Assembly (NCBI GenBank): GCA_023261815.1
Contig: JALNKA010000004.1
Span: forward strand, 1-62,006
DNA length: 62,006 bases
From: Candidatus Wolframiiraptor sinensis
Lineage (GTDB): Archaea; Thermoproteota; Nitrososphaeria_A; Caldarchaeales; Wolframiiraptoraceae
Direction: 5' to 3'
Shown here: positions 28,033 through 38,390 of the stretch, piece after piece
Numbering within the stretch: the stretch's first letter is position 1
Layout of the letters: each line of letters begins with the position of its first letter
Translations under genes and position numbers: made by a program
Notes under the pieces: generated by a model
Seen by the model: only the letters and a program-made list of their open reading frames with translations
What the model was told of the DNA's origin: nothing
The model's database searches: none

Positions 28033-29559
28033 TTGGAAACGCTTGTTGAGCTCCGGGGAATAGTGAAGAAGTTCCCCGGCGTATTGGCCAATGATAGGGT
28101 GGATTTTGAGCTTAGGCGCGGCGAGGTTCATGCTCTCCTCGGCGAGAATGGAGCCGGGAAAACAACACTCATGAACATTCTCTACGGCCTCTATAGGCCC
28201 GATGAGGGGGAGATATACATACGCGGTAGAAGGGTTGAGCTCAGGTCTCCGAGGGATGCGATAAGCCTCGGTATAGGGATGGTTCATCAGAACTTCAAAC
28301 TCGTCGAGAGCCACACCGTTCTCGAGAACATCATCCTCGGGCTCAGGGAGAATGGTCTGAGAATAGATTTCGAGAGCCATCGCAGGCGGATAACCGAGCT
28401 CGCCGAGAGATATGGATGGAGGATAGATCCGATGGCGAGGATCTGGCAGCTCTCAGCCGGAGAGAAGCAGCAGGTCGAACTCCTCAAGATACTGTATCGG
28501 GGCGCCGAGATCTTGATACTGGATGAGCCGACATCCGTTCTGACGGTCCAAGAGACGCGGAGGCTTTTCGAGGCTTTGAGGAGGATGGCGGCTGAGGGCA
28601 AGGGCGTCATATTCATCACGCATAAGCTCAACGAGGTGATGGAGGTCAGCGATAGGGTTACCGTGATGAGAAAAGGAAAGGTCATCATCACGAAGGATAC
28701 CCGGGAGACCACGAAGATGGAGCTCGCGAACTACATGATCGGGAGGCAGGTAATCTTCGGTCGAAGGGAAGCATCGTCAAAGCCCGGCGCCGTGGTCCTC
28801 AAGATACTGGACTTGAAGGTTTTGGGCGATAGGGGCTATCCGGCGGTTAACGGCGTCAGCCTAGAGGTTAGGAGCGGCGAGATACTCGGGGTAGCGGGGG
28901 TGAGCGGGAATGGTCAGGTCGAGCTCGCGGAAGCGATTGCGGGCCTGAGAAAGCCTATGGCCGGGAGAATCCTGCTGAACGGCGTTGACGCCACGGGGAT
29001 GGATGCCGGAAAAATGATAGAGCTTGGAGTGGCATACATCCCGCCCGAGGGAAATAAGCTGGGAATAGTGCCGGAGTTCAGGATAGTGGACAACCTCTTT
29101 CTCAAGGCTTACAGGTATCCGCCATACTCGAATAAGATTCTCCTGAACTGGAGGAGGATGCTCGGGAAGGCTAGGGAGCTCATCGAGGAATTCGGCGTGG
29201 TCACGCCGAGCGTGTTCTCTAAGGCCAAGTCGCTCTCAGGCGGAAACATCCAGAGGCTGATCCTCGCGAGGGAGCTCTCCGGAATCGTCGGCGGGGCTCC
29301 AAGACTCATAGTCGCCGCATACCCGACCAAAGGGCTCGACGTCGGCGCAACAGAGTTCGTCCACGACCTCCTCATGAGATACAAGGAGATGGGATCCGGG
29401 ATAATCTTCATCTCAGAAGATCTTGAGGAGCTTCTCCTACTCTCGGACAGGATAGCGGTCATGTCCGGTGGAAGGATAAGGGGTGTGCTCGCGAGGGAGG
29501 AGGCGGACGCCGAGAAAATAGGTCTCCTAATGTCCGAGGCAGCTATTCAGGCCGGGTGA
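28033..29559 (+). CDS. ABC transporter ATP-binding protein (dual domain)
   Basis: GENGAGKTT, DEPT, LSGGNIQ. Confidence 0.93.
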   Translation: METLVELRGIVKKFPGVLANDRVDFELRRGEVHALLGENGAGKTTLMNILYGLYRPDEGEIYIRGRRVELRSPRDAISLGIGMVHQNFKLVESHTVLENIILGLRENGLRIDFESHRRRITELAERYGWRIDPMARIWQLSAGEKQQVELLKILYRGAEILILDEPTSVLTVQETRRLFEALRRMAAEGKGVIFITHKLNEVMEVSDRVTVMRKGKVIITKDTRETTKMELANYMIGRQVIFGRREASSKPGAVVLKILDLKVLGDRGYPAVNGVSLEVRSGEILGVAGVSGNGQVELAEAIAGLRKPMAGRILLNGVDATGMDAGKMIELGVAYIPPEGNKLGIVPEFRIVDNLFLKAYRYPPYSNKILLNWRRMLGKARELIEEFGVVTPSVFSKAKSLSGGNIQRLILARELSGIVGGAPRLIVAAYPTKGLDVGATEFVHDLLMRYKEMGSGIIFISEDLEELLLLSDRIAVMSGGRIRGVLAREEADAEKIGLLMSEAAIQAG

Positions 29560-29566
29560 ACGCGCG

Positions 29567-30673
29567 GTGCCCTTCACGCTCGAGACGCGGCTCGGTAGGA
29601 TAAGAGTCGAGCGGCGGGTCGGATACGGCAGGCTCTACTCGATCTCGATGACGCTTCTCTCGCTGGCCATCGCCCTACTCGTGGCCGGGCTAATACTCGC
29701 CTCGCTGGGCCTAGACCCTGTTGCGGCGTTCCAAGTGATCTTCGGCGTCTTCATGAAGCCATCCCTCCTCCTCGAGAGCATCAAGCAGTCAATTCCGATA
29801 TGCTTGGCGGCACTGGGCCTCAGCATAGCATTCAAGATGAATTTCTGGAATATCGGGGCGGAGGGCCAGCTCTACATGGGCATGATAGCCTCGACGGGAA
29901 TAGTTCTACTGCACAGCTACTATGGCCTCTTCAACGAGTGGGCCATTATGCCCCTTATGCTCCTGGCGTCATTCCTGCTCGGCGGCGCATGGTGCCTTAT
30001 CGCCGGAGCCCTGAAGGCCAGGCTGGGAGTCAACGAGATACTTCCGACGTTAATGCTCAACTACGTCGCGATGCTGGTGGTGGAATTCTTGGTTCACGGG
30101 CCATGGAGGGATCCGAAGGGATACGGGTTCCCGCTCTCAATACCATTCCCAGATTATGCCAAGCTCAACTTCGTTTTCGGAGAGCCCGCCTACACGGGCC
30201 TGCTACTCTCCGTGCTGGGAGCAGCCGCGGTATTCCTTCTCCTCGAATACACGAAGCCCGGCTTCGAGATAAAGGTGGTCGGCCAGAGCCCGGCCGTAGC
30301 AAGATACGCTGGCATAAGAGTTCGGAGGACGATATTATTGGGCTCATTCCTCTCCGGCGGGCTGGCCGGGATCGGCGGCCTCTCGATAGTTAGCGGGATA
30401 ATCGGGAGGCTGAGGCCGGGAGCATCGCCGGGCTACGGGTATACGGCGATAATGGTCGCGGCTCTGGCGGGCTTAAACCCGTGGGTCGTAATCGTGGCGA
30501 GCATCTTTTTCGGCGGCTTATTGACCGCTGGGGGCGCTCTTCAGATGAGCATGGGCATCCCGAGGGCCGCGGCGCAGATGATTCAGGCCATAATATTCCT
30601 CATGATACTCGTGGGCGAGTTCATCAAGAGGTATAAAATAGTGCTCGAAAAGCCGGGGGTGAGCGGGAGCTGA
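29567..30673 (+). CDS. ABC transporter permease
   Basis: NIGAEGQ, NEIL.TLMLNY motifs. Confidence 0.9.
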   Translation: MPFTLETRLGRIRVERRVGYGRLYSISMTLLSLAIALLVAGLILASLGLDPVAAFQVIFGVFMKPSLLLESIKQSIPICLAALGLSIAFKMNFWNIGAEGQLYMGMIASTGIVLLHSYYGLFNEWAIMPLMLLASFLLGGAWCLIAGALKARLGVNEILPTLMLNYVAMLVVEFLVHGPWRDPKGYGFPLSIPFPDYAKLNFVFGEPAYTGLLLSVLGAAAVFLLLEYTKPGFEIKVVGQSPAVARYAGIRVRRTILLGSFLSGGLAGIGGLSIVSGIIGRLRPGASPGYGYTAIMVAALAGLNPWVVIVASIFFGGLLTAGGALQMSMGIPRAAAQMIQAIIFLMILVGEFIKRYKIVLEKPGVSGS

Positions 30674-30690
30674 TCGAGTGGATCGAGTCC

Positions 30691-31644
30691 GTGCTCAGCT
30701 TGACAGTCCAAGTTGGAACAGTATACCTCCTCGCATCGCTTGGCGAGATCTACGCCGAGCGCTCCGGGATCCTGAACCTCGGCCTCGAGGGCATAATGGT
30801 CATGGGAGCCGCCATCTCATTCATCTTCACGCTAGCCTATGGCCACCTCGCCGCGATACTCGCCTCCATAATCGTGGGTATTCTGATGAGCCTGATACTA
30901 GCAGTCATGGCCATCTACATGAGGCTCAACCAGACGGTCACGGGGCTCGCTCTGACGATGTTCGGCCTCGGCCTCAGCGGCTTCCTAGCATCGCCCGAGA
31001 TAAGGAGGATAATACTCCTAGCCCTGAACCCATCGCTCCCTGAGAGGCTCCTTGCGATCCAGGAGGCGCCGAAGCTACCCGAGATACCCGTGCCGGGGCT
31101 ATCCGAGATACCGGTGATAGGATGCTTCTTCCGCCAGAATGTGCTGGTCTACATCTCCTATATGGCCGCGCCCCTCATGTGGTTCATCCTCTTCAAGACG
31201 AAGCCAGGCCTGAGCCTCAGGTCCGTGGGAGAGAACCCGGCGGCAGCGGACGCGATGGGCATAAACGTCTTCAAGCTGAGATGCGCTGCGACGATGATAA
31301 GCGGCGGCTTTGCGGGCTTGGCCGGAGCATACCTCTTCCTGGGATTCCAGCCGTTCTGGCAGGAGGGATTAACGGCCGGAAAGGGCTTCATAGCATTATC
31401 CCTCGTGATCCTCTCGACCTGGAATCCCCTGAAAGCCATCCTGGGCGCATACCTATTCGGCGGAGTCGAGGTCATCCAGTATAGGCTTCAGCTCTTCGGG
31501 CTCGGAGCCCTAAGCCCATATCTCCTAGCGATGCTCCCATATCTCATCGCGATCGCGGCTCTAATAGCAGTTTCCATCGAGAGCGTCAGGAAGAGGATAG
31601 GAGTTCCAGCATCCCTGGGAATACCCTACTCCCGCGAGGAGTAG
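30691..31644 (+). CDS. ABC transporter permease
   Basis: ERSGILNLGLEG, GENPAAAD..GI, G.GFIAL. Confidence 0.9.
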   Translation: MLSLTVQVGTVYLLASLGEIYAERSGILNLGLEGIMVMGAAISFIFTLAYGHLAAILASIIVGILMSLILAVMAIYMRLNQTVTGLALTMFGLGLSGFLASPEIRRIILLALNPSLPERLLAIQEAPKLPEIPVPGLSEIPVIGCFFRQNVLVYISYMAAPLMWFILFKTKPGLSLRSVGENPAAADAMGINVFKLRCAATMISGGFAGLAGAYLFLGFQPFWQEGLTAGKGFIALSLVILSTWNPLKAILGAYLFGGVEVIQYRLQLFGLGALSPYLLAMLPYLIAIAALIAVSIESVRKRIGVPASLGIPYSREE

Positions 31645-31648
31645 CCTG

Positions 31649-32086
31649 CTAGCCTTTTCGAGCCTCGGCCTTTAGAACAGCTTTCGCCGCCTCCTCCAAG
31701 AGCTCCCTACCCTTCTCGGTCACGACCCTACCCTTATTGTTGTATTTCTGGGCGAGGCCTGCGGCCTCCAGCTGCTGGAGAATCTTCCTTATTATCGCGC
31801 CGCTGCCCTTCGCGAACTTCGGGGGCTTATGGCCCCTCCTATGCCTGCCGCCATAAAGCTTCCTGAGCTTTGAGACGCCGAGAGGCCCCCTGAGATACAG
31901 CTTCCTCAGCACGGCGGCCGCCCGGACATACCACCAGTCCGGGTCTTGGGGTGGCCTCTCCTTATGCACCCCTGTCTTGACGAACATGGCCCATGGAGGA
32001 GGCTCGATAACCTTATTCTCCTTAAAGTACGTCGCGACTTTCTGGATGAGCTTCATCGCGTCCACGAGCTGCACGGCCGACACCAT
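31649..32086 (-). CDS. rps19e: 30S ribosomal protein S19e
   Basis: PPWA.FVKTG..KERPP..DWWYVRAA.VLRK. Confidence 0.96.
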   Translation of the reverse strand: MVSAVQLVDAMKLIQKVATYFKENKVIEPPPWAMFVKTGVHKERPPQDPDWWYVRAAAVLRKLYLRGPLGVSKLRKLYGGRHRRGHKPPKFAKGSGAIIRKILQQLEAAGLAQKYNNKGRVVTEKGRELLEEAAKAVLKAEARKG

Positions 32087-32116
32087 CCGCGGCTTCTTGA
32101 AACCTCATGCTGATTT

Positions 32117-32452
32117 TTAGCCTTTAGCCCTGATTCCCCTCTTTTCCCTGATCGCGGGAATCCTCTTGACGTGGCCGCACGCGGCGCATGTGATGACTAC
32201 GTGCGTGCTTCTCCTGCTCCTAACCCTGACCCTAAAAGAGCCGGGAACATAAAATAGCATCCCGCACTTCCTGCATATCAGACGCTTATAAGCCGCTGGA
32301 AGCCTGATCCTCGCCTTCCTGCATATCCTCAAGATGAGCCTCCCGGCCTCCCTCGCCAGCTCCGGCCTTTCCGCAGCATGCCTTTTTGCGAACTCCATGA
32401 GCCTCGTGATCCTATCATAAGCTATTCTCCTAACCTCGCCGGAGTGTGTCAA
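32117..32452 (-). CDS. rnp4: RNase P protein subunit Rpp21
   Basis: IA..RI..L, R.ICRKC, CAACG..KR.P. Confidence 0.88.
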   Translation of the reverse strand: MTHSGEVRRIAYDRITRLMEFAKRHAAERPELAREAGRLILRICRKARIRLPAAYKRLICRKCGMLFYVPGSFRVRVRSRRSTHVVITCAACGHVKRIPAIREKRGIRAKG

Positions 32453-32525
32453 TTCAGCCCATTAAGCGACTAGGCGATCCTTAAACATGCCTTCAGCCTA
32501 GGGATCTTCGGGGAAGCCTGGGGGA

Positions 32526-33233
32526 TTGGAAAGGCTGATTTTGGTGATCGTGGAAGCGGCCATCGAGCTCGTCCCGGAGAGCATTCAGGATCACCCATCG
32601 ATAAGGGCTTATGCCGCGAGAAGGGGCAAGAAGCCCTGGGAAATACTCTTGGACAGAAGCTATCATCACTCGGCGATGAAGAGGCTCCCGGAGGCCGAGA
32701 AGCGGGGCAGGCCCGACATCGCGCACTTCATGCTCCTCGAGGCTCTCGGCTCGCCCCTAAACAAGCTGGGCCTCCTAGAAGTATATGTCCACACCAGAAG
32801 CGGCCACGCGATCTGGGTGAACCCGCGAACCAGGCTGCCGAGGGTCTATGAGCGATTCAAGGGTTTGATAGAGAAGCTGTACCAGGAGCCCGTCGTTGAG
32901 GTTGATGGCGAGATCCTGCTGAAGCTGGAGAAGAAGACGCTGGCCCAGCTCATAGATGAGCTAAACCCCGATCTGAAGATCCTCTTATCCGAGAGGGGCG
33001 AGTCCATGAGCTGGAGCGATCTCGGCAGGCTTGTGGTCTCCGCTAAAAAGCCCCTCCTAATGATCGGCGGATTCCCCCACGGAGACTTCCACGAATCCGT
33101 GTACCAGATGGCCGACGAGATCATAAGCATATGGCCGGAGCCCCTGGAGGCCTGGATCATAACCTCCAGAGCAATATCGATAATCGAGCATGCTCTGGGG
33201 ATCGGAGAGCAGAGCACCCAGAGGAAACCATAA
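32526..33233 (+). CDS. nep1: Nep1/Emg1 rRNA pseudouridine methyltransferase (SPOUT)
   Basis: LLD.S.H, KRGRPDI.H, SPLN, R.PR...RF.GL, IGGFPHG. Confidence 0.93.
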   Translation: MERLILVIVEAAIELVPESIQDHPSIRAYAARRGKKPWEILLDRSYHHSAMKRLPEAEKRGRPDIAHFMLLEALGSPLNKLGLLEVYVHTRSGHAIWVNPRTRLPRVYERFKGLIEKLYQEPVVEVDGEILLKLEKKTLAQLIDELNPDLKILLSERGESMSWSDLGRLVVSAKKPLLMIGGFPHGDFHESVYQMADEIISIWPEPLEAWIITSRAISIIEHALGIGEQSTQRKP

Positions 33234-33261
33234 ATAACCACTTTGAGAAGATTAGATTCCG

Positions 33262-33358
33262 GCGGCCGTAGTCTAGTCTGGTAGGACGCCGGCCTGCCAG
33301 TATCTCCATGAGGATAGCAGAGCGCCGGCGGTCCCGGGTTCAAATCCCGGCGGCCGCA
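33262..33358 (+). tRNA. tRNA-Gly(GCC) with 23-nt intron at 37/38 (33300-33322)
   Basis: GCGGCCG stem; CT-GCC-A|intron|C; BHB central helix CTGC/GCAG. Confidence 0.92.
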
Positions 33359-33420
33359 TCATAACGCTTATCTTTTGCGCTTAAAGTGAGAAATTGTCAG
33401 CGCTAGAGGGCTTGATCAGA

Positions 33421-34851
33421 ATGGTCTTGGAGTTCATGGAGACCGGTATTCCTGGCGCGGAGCGCTTGCTTCGAGGTTTTCCGAGGGGCAGTTTGATCGT
33501 AGTTAGGGGCACTCCGGGGACTGGGAAGACAGTGTTCGGGGGCAACATTCCTTCATGAAGGCGTGGTGAAATACGGTGAGCCGGGAGTATACGCGTCATT
33601 CGGGGAGAATAAGGAGAAGTTTTATGGATTTATGAAGGGCTTCGGGATGGATTTTGAGAAGCTTGAGGGTAAGAGCTTATTCAGGTTTCTCTCCCTACCG
33701 ACCATGCTGGAAGCAGGTATCGGCGGTATATTCGCTGAGATTCTCGAGACCGTTGACGCGATAAGTGCTAGGAGGCTCGTGATAGACCCCTTCACAGCGC
33801 TGAGCCAGGGGTTCAAGAGTGAAGCCGAGGCCAGAGTATTTCTACCTCTCTTATTACTCTCTTATATCTAATATCGTGAGCCGGCTCGGATGCACCACAA
33901 TTCTCATCAAAGAGGAGCTGGAGTCTGAGGGAGGATACAGCTTCGAGGACTACGTGGCTGATGCTCTGATATGTTTGAAGACCGCGAGATTCGAGGACAA
34001 GCTTCTCAGAGAGGTTACATTCGTCAAGACTAGGGGCTCTGAGATAAGGTCTCCAAATGTATGCGCAACCCTTCATCAGGGTTTTAAACTGCTTCCGCGT
34101 CAGAGAGTGCCCAAGCCTCCCATAAGCCCGAGATTTGAGCCGCCTCAGGACCCACCTGGAGCATACACGACGGGCATAGCCGAGCTGGATAACGAGATCG
34201 GGGGCTACCCGCATGACTCGATTATATTGTGGGAGATTAGCCCTTAACGTAACTTTCCATGAGTATTCCCTCGTACTCGCGCCGGCGCTCGCATCATTTC
34301 TCGCGAAGAATAGGCCATACGTCCTCCTGCCATCAATAGGCATCACGTGGAGGAATATACGAGATCTCTATGTCAAGTACTATGGAATATCAGAGAGCAA
34401 GCTCGGCGAGCTTATGAGAATACTCGTAATGGGGCCTATTGAGATCGAGCCGCCATCATACGTAAAACTGCTGAGTGGGCAGAGCTGCCAAGAGACATTC
34501 AAGGAGTTTAAAGAGATCGTGCACCTTCTAGCCGAGGAGAAGGGACGCCATATAGCCCGCCTACTTAGAGCGGATACACTGATAGCGATGTTTGGAGAAG
34601 AAGTCTTCAGGTTCTTCGAGATATGGACAAGCTGCTTCAAGGAGACGGGCGGGCTGGCGATGTTGATAGCGAAGCCAGTTCATCCACACCTGATCAAGAT
34701 GTTATCTCCGATGGTTGACATGCACTTCAAGATCACGAAGAAGCATGGTTGCATTATGTTATATGGTAAGAAGCCCGAGACGCCGCTTTATGCGGTGCAG
34801 CCCGACCCGGAGAAGAGCGCGCTGACCCCGAAGATAATGCCGGTAGTCTGA
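33421..34851 (+). pseudogene. KaiC/RAD55-family tandem ATPase, disrupted
   Basis: TGIPG, GTPGTGKT, LVIDP, DYVAD, KTRG and a second TGIAELD..IGG spread over four frames or stops (about 33545, 33845, 34245). Confidence 0.75.
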
Positions 34852-34940
34852 GCATGATAGCCTCTGAAGGGTCGCCTGAGAAAGCTATATGAGATGGCGG
34901 CTAACAGGTTGTCCGCCATAAAGCTGGAGGCTAGAGCATC

Positions 34941-35153
34941 ATGTCCCAGAGAATTTGCAGTTTCGAGAGAAATCTCAAGAACTGCCCCTGCACTTGGGAG
35001 CCTTGTAGCAGGAAGGGCATCTGCTGCGAGTGCCTGAGATATCACTGGAGCCACCGCGAGCTTCCTGCATGCTTCTTCCCGCCCGAGATCGAGAGGACCT
35101 ACGACAGATCCCTGAATAGGTTCATCGAGTATTGGGGCAAGAAGGTCAAGTAG
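34941..35153 (+). CDS. Small Cys-rich protein (DUF6485-like)
   Basis: C.CT..PC.RKG.CCEC..YH....ELPACFF...E.TYDRS. Confidence 0.75.
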   Translation: MSQRICSFERNLKNCPCTWEPCSRKGICCECLRYHWSHRELPACFFPPEIERTYDRSLNRFIEYWGKKVK

Positions 35154-35173
35154 CGCTTGGAAGGAGCGCGATT

Positions 35174-35998
35174 TCACCTTATTTTTGGCATAGGCGGCAG
35201 CCCCCTCTTATGCTCATTCGCCCTAACCCTCGCAACTATCATGTTTATCTTCTCCCTGCTTATCCCCGTCATCCTCTCGACCTCGCCCAATGGCAGCCCC
35301 CGCTCGAAGTGCAGGTATAGCACCTGATCTATCTCATCATATCTCGCTCCGAGCTCTTCCTCGGCGAGCTGGCCCGGCAAGAGCCTCGGGCTACTCGGCT
35401 TCTCCGCGATCCTCGATGGCAGGCCAAGCGCCCTCGCAAGCCTTCTAACCTGAGTCTTATAGATGTCTCCGAGCGGGAGGATGTCTGCTGCGCCGTCGCC
35501 GTATTTCGTGAAGTATCCCAGCATTATTTCGCTCTTATCGCTCGAGCCGCAGACGAGGAGCCTCTTCAGGTTCGCGTAGTAGTAGAGGATCACCATCCTT
35601 ATCCTGGCTCTGAGATTCGCGTTAGCGGTGTCGGCGCCCTGGCTATAGAAGCTCATCGCGTGGGAGAAGCAGTCATAGACGCCATCTATCGGAGTGATGT
35701 GGTACTCTATCCCGAGCATCTCCGCGAGCATCTTGGCATCCTCCACGTCCTCCGCGGGCGTAACCCTGGTATCCGGCATTATGAGGCCGTGAACCCTGCT
35801 GGGCCCGAGAGCCCTGACCGAGAGAGCGCACGCAACCGATGAGTCGAGCCCGCCGCTCAAGCCAATTACGACGCCGCCCATGCCCGAACCCCTAACATAA
35901 GACCTAAGAAACCCCACTATCCTCTCAACCGCATCCTCGACATCGAGCGGTATGGACAAGCCGTAAACCCCCCGGAGAAAACCTAAAACCCTCCTCAA
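35174..35998 (-). CDS. nadE: NH3-dependent NAD+ synthetase (start may lie about 35960)
   Basis: GLSGGLDS, N.RARIRM, GYFTKYGDG, K.PS..L. Confidence 0.93.
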   Translation of the reverse strand: MRRVLGFLRGVYGLSIPLDVEDAVERIVGFLRSYVRGSGMGGVVIGLSGGLDSSVACALSVRALGPSRVHGLIMPDTRVTPAEDVEDAKMLAEMLGIEYHITPIDGVYDCFSHAMSFYSQGADTANANLRARIRMVILYYYANLKRLLVCGSSDKSEIMLGYFTKYGDGAADILPLGDIYKTQVRRLARALGLPSRIAEKPSSPRLLPGQLAEEELGARYDEIDQVLYLHFERGLPLGEVERMTGISREKINMIVARVRANEHKRGLPPMPKIR

Positions 35999-36014
35999 AA
36001 CAATATCGGAGCAG

Positions 36015-36088
36015 GCGGCCGTCGTCTAGCCTGGAAGGACGCTGGCCTTCCGAGCCAGCGGTCCCGGGTTCAAATCCCGGCGGCCGCA
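36015..36088 (+). tRNA. tRNA-Gly(TCC)
   Basis: CTGGC-CT-TCC-GA-GCCAG; GCGGCCG stem. Confidence 0.95.
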
Positions 36089-36169
36089 CTTTTTAAACTT
36101 GAAGAATTGAAGTATGGCTGCTCAAAAACCTTATAAAACTTTTTCGGCAATATAGCCTGGTGCTTCTTC

Positions 36170-37069
36170 ATGATGTTTGAGGAATTTCTGGATTTGATAG
36201 AGCGTCTCAGAAAATTAGTGAGCGACTATAGAGTTGATCTGGAGAAGAGCGAGGCGCTAACGCGCTACTGTCTGGTTGATCCATTTCTCAGGGCTTGGGG
36301 CTGGAATCCGGAGAATCCTTCTCATGTTAGGCCTGAATTCGCAACAGAGGCGGGCAGGCCGGATTACGCGCTCCTCATCGATAACAAGCCCGTAATTTAT
36401 GTCGGCGTCAAGGCCTTGGGAAAGCAGGAGAAGATCGAGCAGTACATCAACTACTGCATAACCACCGGCGTGCCGTACCTCATCACGACGGATGACGTGA
36501 AGTGGGAGGTCTACGACACGCACATCCCTAAACCCCTCCCCGAGAAGAAAATAACCGAGTGGGACATAATTAATGATGATCCCGCTGAAATTATCAGAAA
36601 GGCATTTGTGATCTGGAGGCACAATAGGCGAATGCTAGAAGCAGCTGTTCCATTAACTCTGCAGCATAGCAGAATGATTGCGGAGGGAATTAAGGCAGAA
36701 GGGGTGCCGCTGGTGAATGTGAAGGTTGAGCCTGGGAGAAAGCCCCCATACACAAAGTTGATCTTCCCAGATAACAGGTCATATGATATCAGGCATTGGA
36801 GGGATGTTTTTGTGGCCGCGGCCGCATGGCTCATAGATTCTGGGAAAATTTCTAAGCGAGATATGCCCATAAAGCCCGAGCGAGGTAGAGTTAGACGCAT
36901 GGTGAATGATAAGCCGGTGCATGAAGATGGCTCCAAATTTAGAGATCCTAAAAGAGTCGGGGAGTATTATGTGGAGACAAATATAAGCAGTGAGCGCGCG
37001 ATCAAATGGGCGATCATGCTACTTGATAAATTCGGGGTGGACTCTTCTAAAGTCCTTCTTAAAGCCTGA
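36170..37069 (+). CDS. HsdR_N-like restriction-endonuclease-fold protein
   Basis: EALTR..LVDPFL..GW, V.PE, RPDYAL, T.D...W..YD; C-terminal 'W.D.......WL...YYVETN.S' domain. Confidence 0.7.
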   Translation: MMFEEFLDLIERLRKLVSDYRVDLEKSEALTRYCLVDPFLRAWGWNPENPSHVRPEFATEAGRPDYALLIDNKPVIYVGVKALGKQEKIEQYINYCITTGVPYLITTDDVKWEVYDTHIPKPLPEKKITEWDIINDDPAEIIRKAFVIWRHNRRMLEAAVPLTLQHSRMIAEGIKAEGVPLVNVKVEPGRKPPYTKLIFPDNRSYDIRHWRDVFVAAAAWLIDSGKISKRDMPIKPERGRVRRMVNDKPVHEDGSKFRDPKRVGEYYVETNISSERAIKWAIMLLDKFGVDSSKVLLKA

Positions 37070-37113
37070 GCTCGGCAATAGACTTAAAATAGCATCCGCG
37101 CTCATAATTTTTC

Positions 37114-38379
37114 GTGAAGAATTTTGCGAACATTGCGGAGGAGTTTTTCGGGGAGTTTGCTTCTCGGCCTGAGGTCATCGTCTCCGCTCCGGGCAGAGCT
37201 GATTTCCTGAATTTCCTGAATACCCACCAGGATTATAAGGGGCTTCCCGTAGTCCCGGTTGCTATTCGGCTCAGATGCTATGCCGCGGGAGCATTGAATC
37301 GCTCTAGGATAGTGAGGGTTGCGAGCCTAAACTTCAAGAAGATGGGCGAGGATTATCACGACGAGTTCAGCATAGATGATATAAGGCTCGCCGGCGGAGG
37401 ATGGTTTGGAGACTATGTGAGGGCGGTGATAAAGTCCATCATGGATTATGGGCGCCGCGTGCACGGCATGGATATCATGATCTGGAGCGAGGTCCCGATA
37501 GGCGCGGGCTTATCAAGCAGCGCCTCCCTGGAGATCGCGGTCGCCAAACTCGTCTCCGAGCTGTGCGGGCTAGGCCTCGATAAGAGGGATTTAGCGGAGA
37601 TAGGATATAGGGCGGAGCACGACGTGATGGGGATACCGTGCGGGAGGCTGGATCAATACTCATCGGCGTTCGGGGGAATCATAGTGCTCGAGACAAGGCC
37701 TCCCTTCAGGGTTGAGGAGCTCAGAGTCCGCGACTTGACATTCGTGATCGCAGACTCGGGTGAGCATCGTAGAATAATCTCGGTTCACCCGGTAAGGCAG
37801 AGCGAGATAAATGAGGCGCTGAGGATACTCATTGATGAGGTTCGCCCTCCCCGGGATATCCTGAAGCACCTCGCATACAATTACTATGATGCGAGGTGGG
37901 ATCACATAGTCGACCTGTTGGAGCCTTATTTGGGCGCATTGCCGGAGAAGCTCGCGAACAGGATAAGATTCACTCTGAGAATGCATAGGTCGACGCTCTA
38001 CGCGATCGAGCTCCTAAGAGGCGCCGAGCCGAGCATGGAGAGATTTCTCAGAGCGGTTGGAGAGGATTTTGCGGGGGAGTGCAAGATAGACTTTTCCGAC
38101 CGCCTCCAAGTAATGGGCGCCATAATGAACTACCAGCACATCCTGCTAAGGGACTTATATGAGGTCAGCACGCCGAGGCTCGAGGATCTCAGGAGCGCGC
38201 TCTTGGAGTCTGGCGAGCTGGGAGCCAAGATCTCCGGAGCGGGTATGGGTGGGGCGATAATCGCGCTTGCCAGGAGCATGAAGTCCGGGGAGGAGATCAG
38301 GAGAGCGTGCGCAGAGAGGGGATACGAGCTCGCCTGGGTCTCGATGCCGGATGAGGGTGCCAGGAAGGAAATATCCTAA
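37114..38379 (+). CDS. galK: Galactokinase (GHMP family), with a 9-bp in-frame duplication in the sugar-binding motif
   Basis: APGRADFLN(FLN)THQDY, P.GAGLSSSA, CG.LDQ, GAKISGAG.GG. Confidence 0.82.
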   Translation: MKNFANIAEEFFGEFASRPEVIVSAPGRADFLNFLNTHQDYKGLPVVPVAIRLRCYAAGALNRSRIVRVASLNFKKMGEDYHDEFSIDDIRLAGGGWFGDYVRAVIKSIMDYGRRVHGMDIMIWSEVPIGAGLSSSASLEIAVAKLVSELCGLGLDKRDLAEIGYRAEHDVMGIPCGRLDQYSSAFGGIIVLETRPPFRVEELRVRDLTFVIADSGEHRRIISVHPVRQSEINEALRILIDEVRPPRDILKHLAYNYYDARWDHIVDLLEPYLGALPEKLANRIRFTLRMHRSTLYAIELLRGAEPSMERFLRAVGEDFAGECKIDFSDRLQVMGAIMNYQHILLRDLYEVSTPRLEDLRSALLESGELGAKISGAGMGGAIIALARSMKSGEEIRRACAERGYELAWVSMPDEGARKEIS

Positions 38380-38390
38380 ATTTTAGATGG

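Noticed and set aside
33328-36088. Identical 3' ends of two Gly tRNAs look like attL/attR of an integrated element
   Set aside because: Both are full-length tRNAs with different anticodons, there is no integrase, and nadE lies between them.
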